Below, one piece after another: positions 61,563 through 64,000 of a stretch of DNA of 64,000 nucleotides. The translations under genes were made by a program, and so were the position numbers. The first letter of the stretch is position 1; each line of letters starts with the position of its first letter. The stretch comes from Deltaproteobacteria bacterium (GTDB lineage: Bacteria; Desulfobacterota; DSM-4660; Desulfatiglandales; Desulfatiglandaceae). The stretch covers positions 8,674 through 72,673 of the forward strand of contig JAFDGR010000002.1 of assembly GCA_019309145.1 (NCBI GenBank), read 5' to 3'. Below the pieces are notes generated by a model, which saw only the letters and a list, made by a program, of their open reading frames with translations, was not told the origin of the DNA and did not search any database.

Positions 61563-62540
61563 ATGGATACCGATAAGAAAATTTTGACAAAATACCAGCC
61601 TTATTTTGAAAAGATTGACCGGGAAGTGGAAAAGGCCCTGAGCTCTCGAATATCACTTGTTGAAGAGATTGGCGGCCATACCCTTCTTGGAGGGGGCAAG
61701 AGGCTTCGCCCCCTTTTCTTTATCCTTGCCTGTGAACTTTGCGGATTACAGGATGACATACTCTACCGGATTTCCACGATCTTCGAATACATCCACACGG
61801 CCTCTTTGCTCCATGACGATGTCCTGGACAATGCCAATACCAGGCGGAGAAAACCGAGTGCCAATCATCTCTGGGGCAATCATGCGGCGGTCTTGGAGGG
61901 AGACTTCCTGTATTCTAAATCCTTTTGCGTGGCTGTTGAGGCCGGCAATGTTTCTTTCTTGAAGCTGATTACTGATACGACCACCCAAATGGCGGAAGGG
62001 CAGATCCTGGAGCTTGTCCACACGAACGATTGGAACATGAGCAAGGAAGTGTATCTGGATATCATCAACGCAAAGACAGCCGTGCTTATTTCCGCGGCCT
62101 GCGCCGGTGGCGGTATCCTCTCGTCCGCTGATGAACGAAACGTGCATGCTCTTCAGAAGTTTGGTCATCTCATGGGAATGGCCTTTCAGATGATGGATGA
62201 TCTCCTTGACTATACCGCTGACCAGGCGGTGTTTGGAAAGCCGGTCGGCAAGGACATCAGGGAAGGTAAGATCACCCTGCCCCTCATATACGCCCTGCAG
62301 GAGATGTCAGACGTTGAGAAGAAGCGGATTCAGGACTTGTTTGAGCAGCAAGAACCGTCAGAAGAGGAGTACCAGAATCTCATTGATCTGGTTCGCAAGA
62401 ATGGTGTGCTGGAGAGAGTGCGGGCTGAGGCGGAGAAATACGTGGATGAAGCTGCTTTTTGCCTGGATGGATTTCCTGCTTCCCCCGCCCGGGAGAACCT
62501 CCTGGAGCTGAACCGCTTTATCATCGAGCGCCACCATTAA
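61563..62540 (+). CDS. ispB: Long-chain polyprenyl-diphosphate synthase
   Basis: First DDxxD motif is LLHDDVLDNANTRRRKPS. The second is FQMMDDLLDY. Confidence 0.85.
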   Translation: MDTDKKILTKYQPYFEKIDREVEKALSSRISLVEEIGGHTLLGGGKRLRPLFFILACELCGLQDDILYRISTIFEYIHTASLLHDDVLDNANTRRRKPSANHLWGNHAAVLEGDFLYSKSFCVAVEAGNVSFLKLITDTTTQMAEGQILELVHTNDWNMSKEVYLDIINAKTAVLISAACAGGGILSSADERNVHALQKFGHLMGMAFQMMDDLLDYTADQAVFGKPVGKDIREGKITLPLIYALQEMSDVEKKRIQDLFEQQEPSEEEYQNLIDLVRKNGVLERVRAEAEKYVDEAAFCLDGFPASPARENLLELNRFIIERHH

Positions 62541-63301
62541 ATGCGAATGGTGAGAAGATCCCTGGCCAAAGTCAGCTCGCCTCTGTACGTTTTCCGGCAC
62601 TGGGCTGCAATGTCAACCTCCAGGCATTCCGGATAGAAATGGGTAAGGAGGAGCCGTTTTGCGCGGGCGAGGGTGGCCATCCTCCCTGCAACGGAAGGAG
62701 TCAAGTGCCCGGGCACGTCATGCCCGTCAGGAAATGAGGCCTCCAGAACGAGGAGGTCTGTACCCAGTGCCAGCCCAATAACCTCCTTGCTGAACCCAGT
62801 ATCCCCCGCAATGACAACACTCCTGCCGAGATTGTCCTCTATCCGATAAGCGATACTGTTTGAGGTATGCTCCGTACGGCTGCAGAAAATTTTGGCATCT
62901 CCGCACGTGAAAGCCTGCTTTTCCCCGGGGACGAACTCGATCAGCTTCAGGATTTCCGAAGGAAGTTCGAGGTATCCCTCGTAGGCCTCCTGGAGTTTTC
63001 TGATGAATGTGACAAGGCCCGAAGGCCCGGCAAGGGTAAGGGGCCGTCTGTGTGGAAGAATGTGGGGATTTCGGGTGGCAAAGAAGAAATGGGCCAGTCC
63101 CGCCGTGTGATCGGGATGGAAATGGGTAAGAAAGATGTGCTCAATCGAGGGGTGAGCTATACCGGCCCTGGTCAACTGACGAAGTGTTCCGGGCCCGAAA
63201 TCCAGGAGGATGGGATGTCCGCCTGCAAAAAGGACCAGAGCCGGAGCTGCCCTGTCGGCCAGGGGAATGGCTGTCCCGGATCCGAGAATTACGATGCGCA
63301 T
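62537..63301 (-). CDS. MBL-fold metallo-hydrolase (RNase Z / ElaC-like)
   Basis: FLTHFHPDHTAGL motif. 254 aa. Its stop overlaps the ispB stop (TTAA). Confidence 0.75.
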   Translation of the reverse strand: MRIVILGSGTAIPLADRAAPALVLFAGGHPILLDFGPGTLRQLTRAGIAHPSIEHIFLTHFHPDHTAGLAHFFFATRNPHILPHRRPLTLAGPSGLVTFIRKLQEAYEGYLELPSEILKLIEFVPGEKQAFTCGDAKIFCSRTEHTSNSIAYRIEDNLGRSVVIAGDTGFSKEVIGLALGTDLLVLEASFPDGHDVPGHLTPSVAGRMATLARAKRLLLTHFYPECLEVDIAAQCRKTYRGELTLARDLLTIRI

Positions 63302-63674
63302 GACTTTCTCCTGAAGGCTCGAGTGCCCTATGAAAACGTTTTTTTGAGAAACGATTCTAGCTTCTTTTCACACGGAATTGCAAGCTGAAAGCGGGTATCT
63401 GATTGTTCACAGCATGAAACAATAAGACCATAATGCGCCCCCATTTTGCTCCTCTCCGGAGGAGGTTTGAAGACCCGGTCCCGGTTGCCGAAAAATCTTG
63501 GAATTCTTCATACATTTTTTCTTGACAGGAGTCTGAAATAAGATGTAAAAACATTTGTGCCAAAATGCACAAGGATGCAGGTAAAGAGGGTCATGGAAGG
63601 GACCAAGCTTGATGACCCTGGTGTGGTGAACACTGGTGAACAGAAACGAGCACAAATGAAAAGGAGGATATTGT

Positions 63675-64000
63675 ATGTCAAATTTGATTCCACCCCATGG
63701 AAAAGAAGAAAAGTTGATGCCCCTGATGCTGGAAGGTGATGCGCTCCAGGCGGAGATCACAAAGGCTGAAGGCCTCAAGAAACTGACCATTACCACCAGA
63801 GAAACGTCCGACCTCATTATGATGGGAATCGGGGCGTTCACCCCTTTAACCGGTTTTATGACCAAGGCAGACTGGCAGGGAGTCTGCGACAAGTTCCTCA
63901 TGGCCGACGGGACTTTCTGGCCCATCCCTATTACCCTTTCAACAGACGATGAAGACGTCAAGGAAGGCGATGAAGTCGCATTGGTGGACGTGGAAACAGG
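63675..64000 (+). CDS. sat: Sulfate adenylyltransferase, N-terminal part (3' end outside window)
   Basis: MSNLIPPHGKEEKLMPLML...TRETSDLIMMGIGAFTPLTGFMTKADWQGVCDKFLMADGTFWPIPITL. RBS AAGGAGGA. Confidence 0.85.
   Translation, partial: MSNLIPPHGKEEKLMPLMLEGDALQAEITKAEGLKKLTITTRETSDLIMMGIGAFTPLTGFMTKADWQGVCDKFLMADGTFWPIPITLSTDDEDVKEGDEVALVDVET

Noticed and set aside
62537-62540. Convergent ispB and MBL-hydrolase genes share the tetranucleotide TTAA as overlapping stop codons with no terminator between them.
   Set aside because: The overlap is real but is a common compaction feature. It has no further functional implication that I can support.

Overview
This 64-kb chromosomal window looks like it comes from a sulfate-reducing deltaproteobacterium (Desulfobacterota-like). 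Supporting signs are sat at the 3' end, four sigma-54 activators, queG, rimO, lgt and an EF-G paralog. I call about 60 protein-coding genes plus several gene remnants. I saw no rRNA, tRNA or CRISPR array. Layout: (1) 1-6.4 kb housekeeping genes (EF-G paralog, RecA/KaiC-like ATPase, AmpG-type MFS, Map with SEC-C motif, QueG, hydrolase). (2) 6.5-17 kb redox and metalloid block: a cytoplasmic molybdopterin oxidoreductase fused to a TorD-like chaperone domain, two TauE/SafE permeases around an iron-sulfur flavoprotein, ArsR, an ArsP/PF03773-type permease, two thioredoxin-fold proteins, Lgt and Acr3. (3) 17-19.7 kb rearranged mosaic: perfect 27-bp direct repeats, a NifX-domain/split permease, an IS200 tnpA remnant, an orphan HipB-like antitoxin and a duplicated acr3 3' end. 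(4) 21.3-30.3 kb AT-richer accessory island. It holds a 977-aa AEP primase / SF2 helicase / PLD nuclease fusion, which is the best candidate for an undescribed conflict or mobile-element function. It also holds a four-helix-bundle cassette bracketed by inverted repeats, decayed regulator and ATPase genes, an iteron-like repeat field and a Pif1-HRDC helicase. (5) 30.3-39.3 kb: an NtrB/NtrC-type pair, then a sigma-54 promoter, then an OYE/FadH-type flavoenzyme with ferredoxins, DUF1638 and thioredoxin, plus an orphan ETF-QO. (6) 39.4-45.5 kb: DUF5320 plus a permease, a PAS kinase and a PAS sigma-54 activator that share a C-x8-C-x3-C motif, and a sigma-54-driven operon with twin 61-aa Cys microproteins flanking a Usp. 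(7) 45.5-64 kb: CPA2 antiporter, receiver, Usp, membrane-anchored IscU-like protein, Tat-signal flavoprotein, a tetR-tolC-mfp-rnd efflux operon, a Ser/Thr kinase with a cNMP domain, RimO, IspB-like synthase, an MBL hydrolase and sat. All family assignments come from motif recognition by eye; no database search was run.
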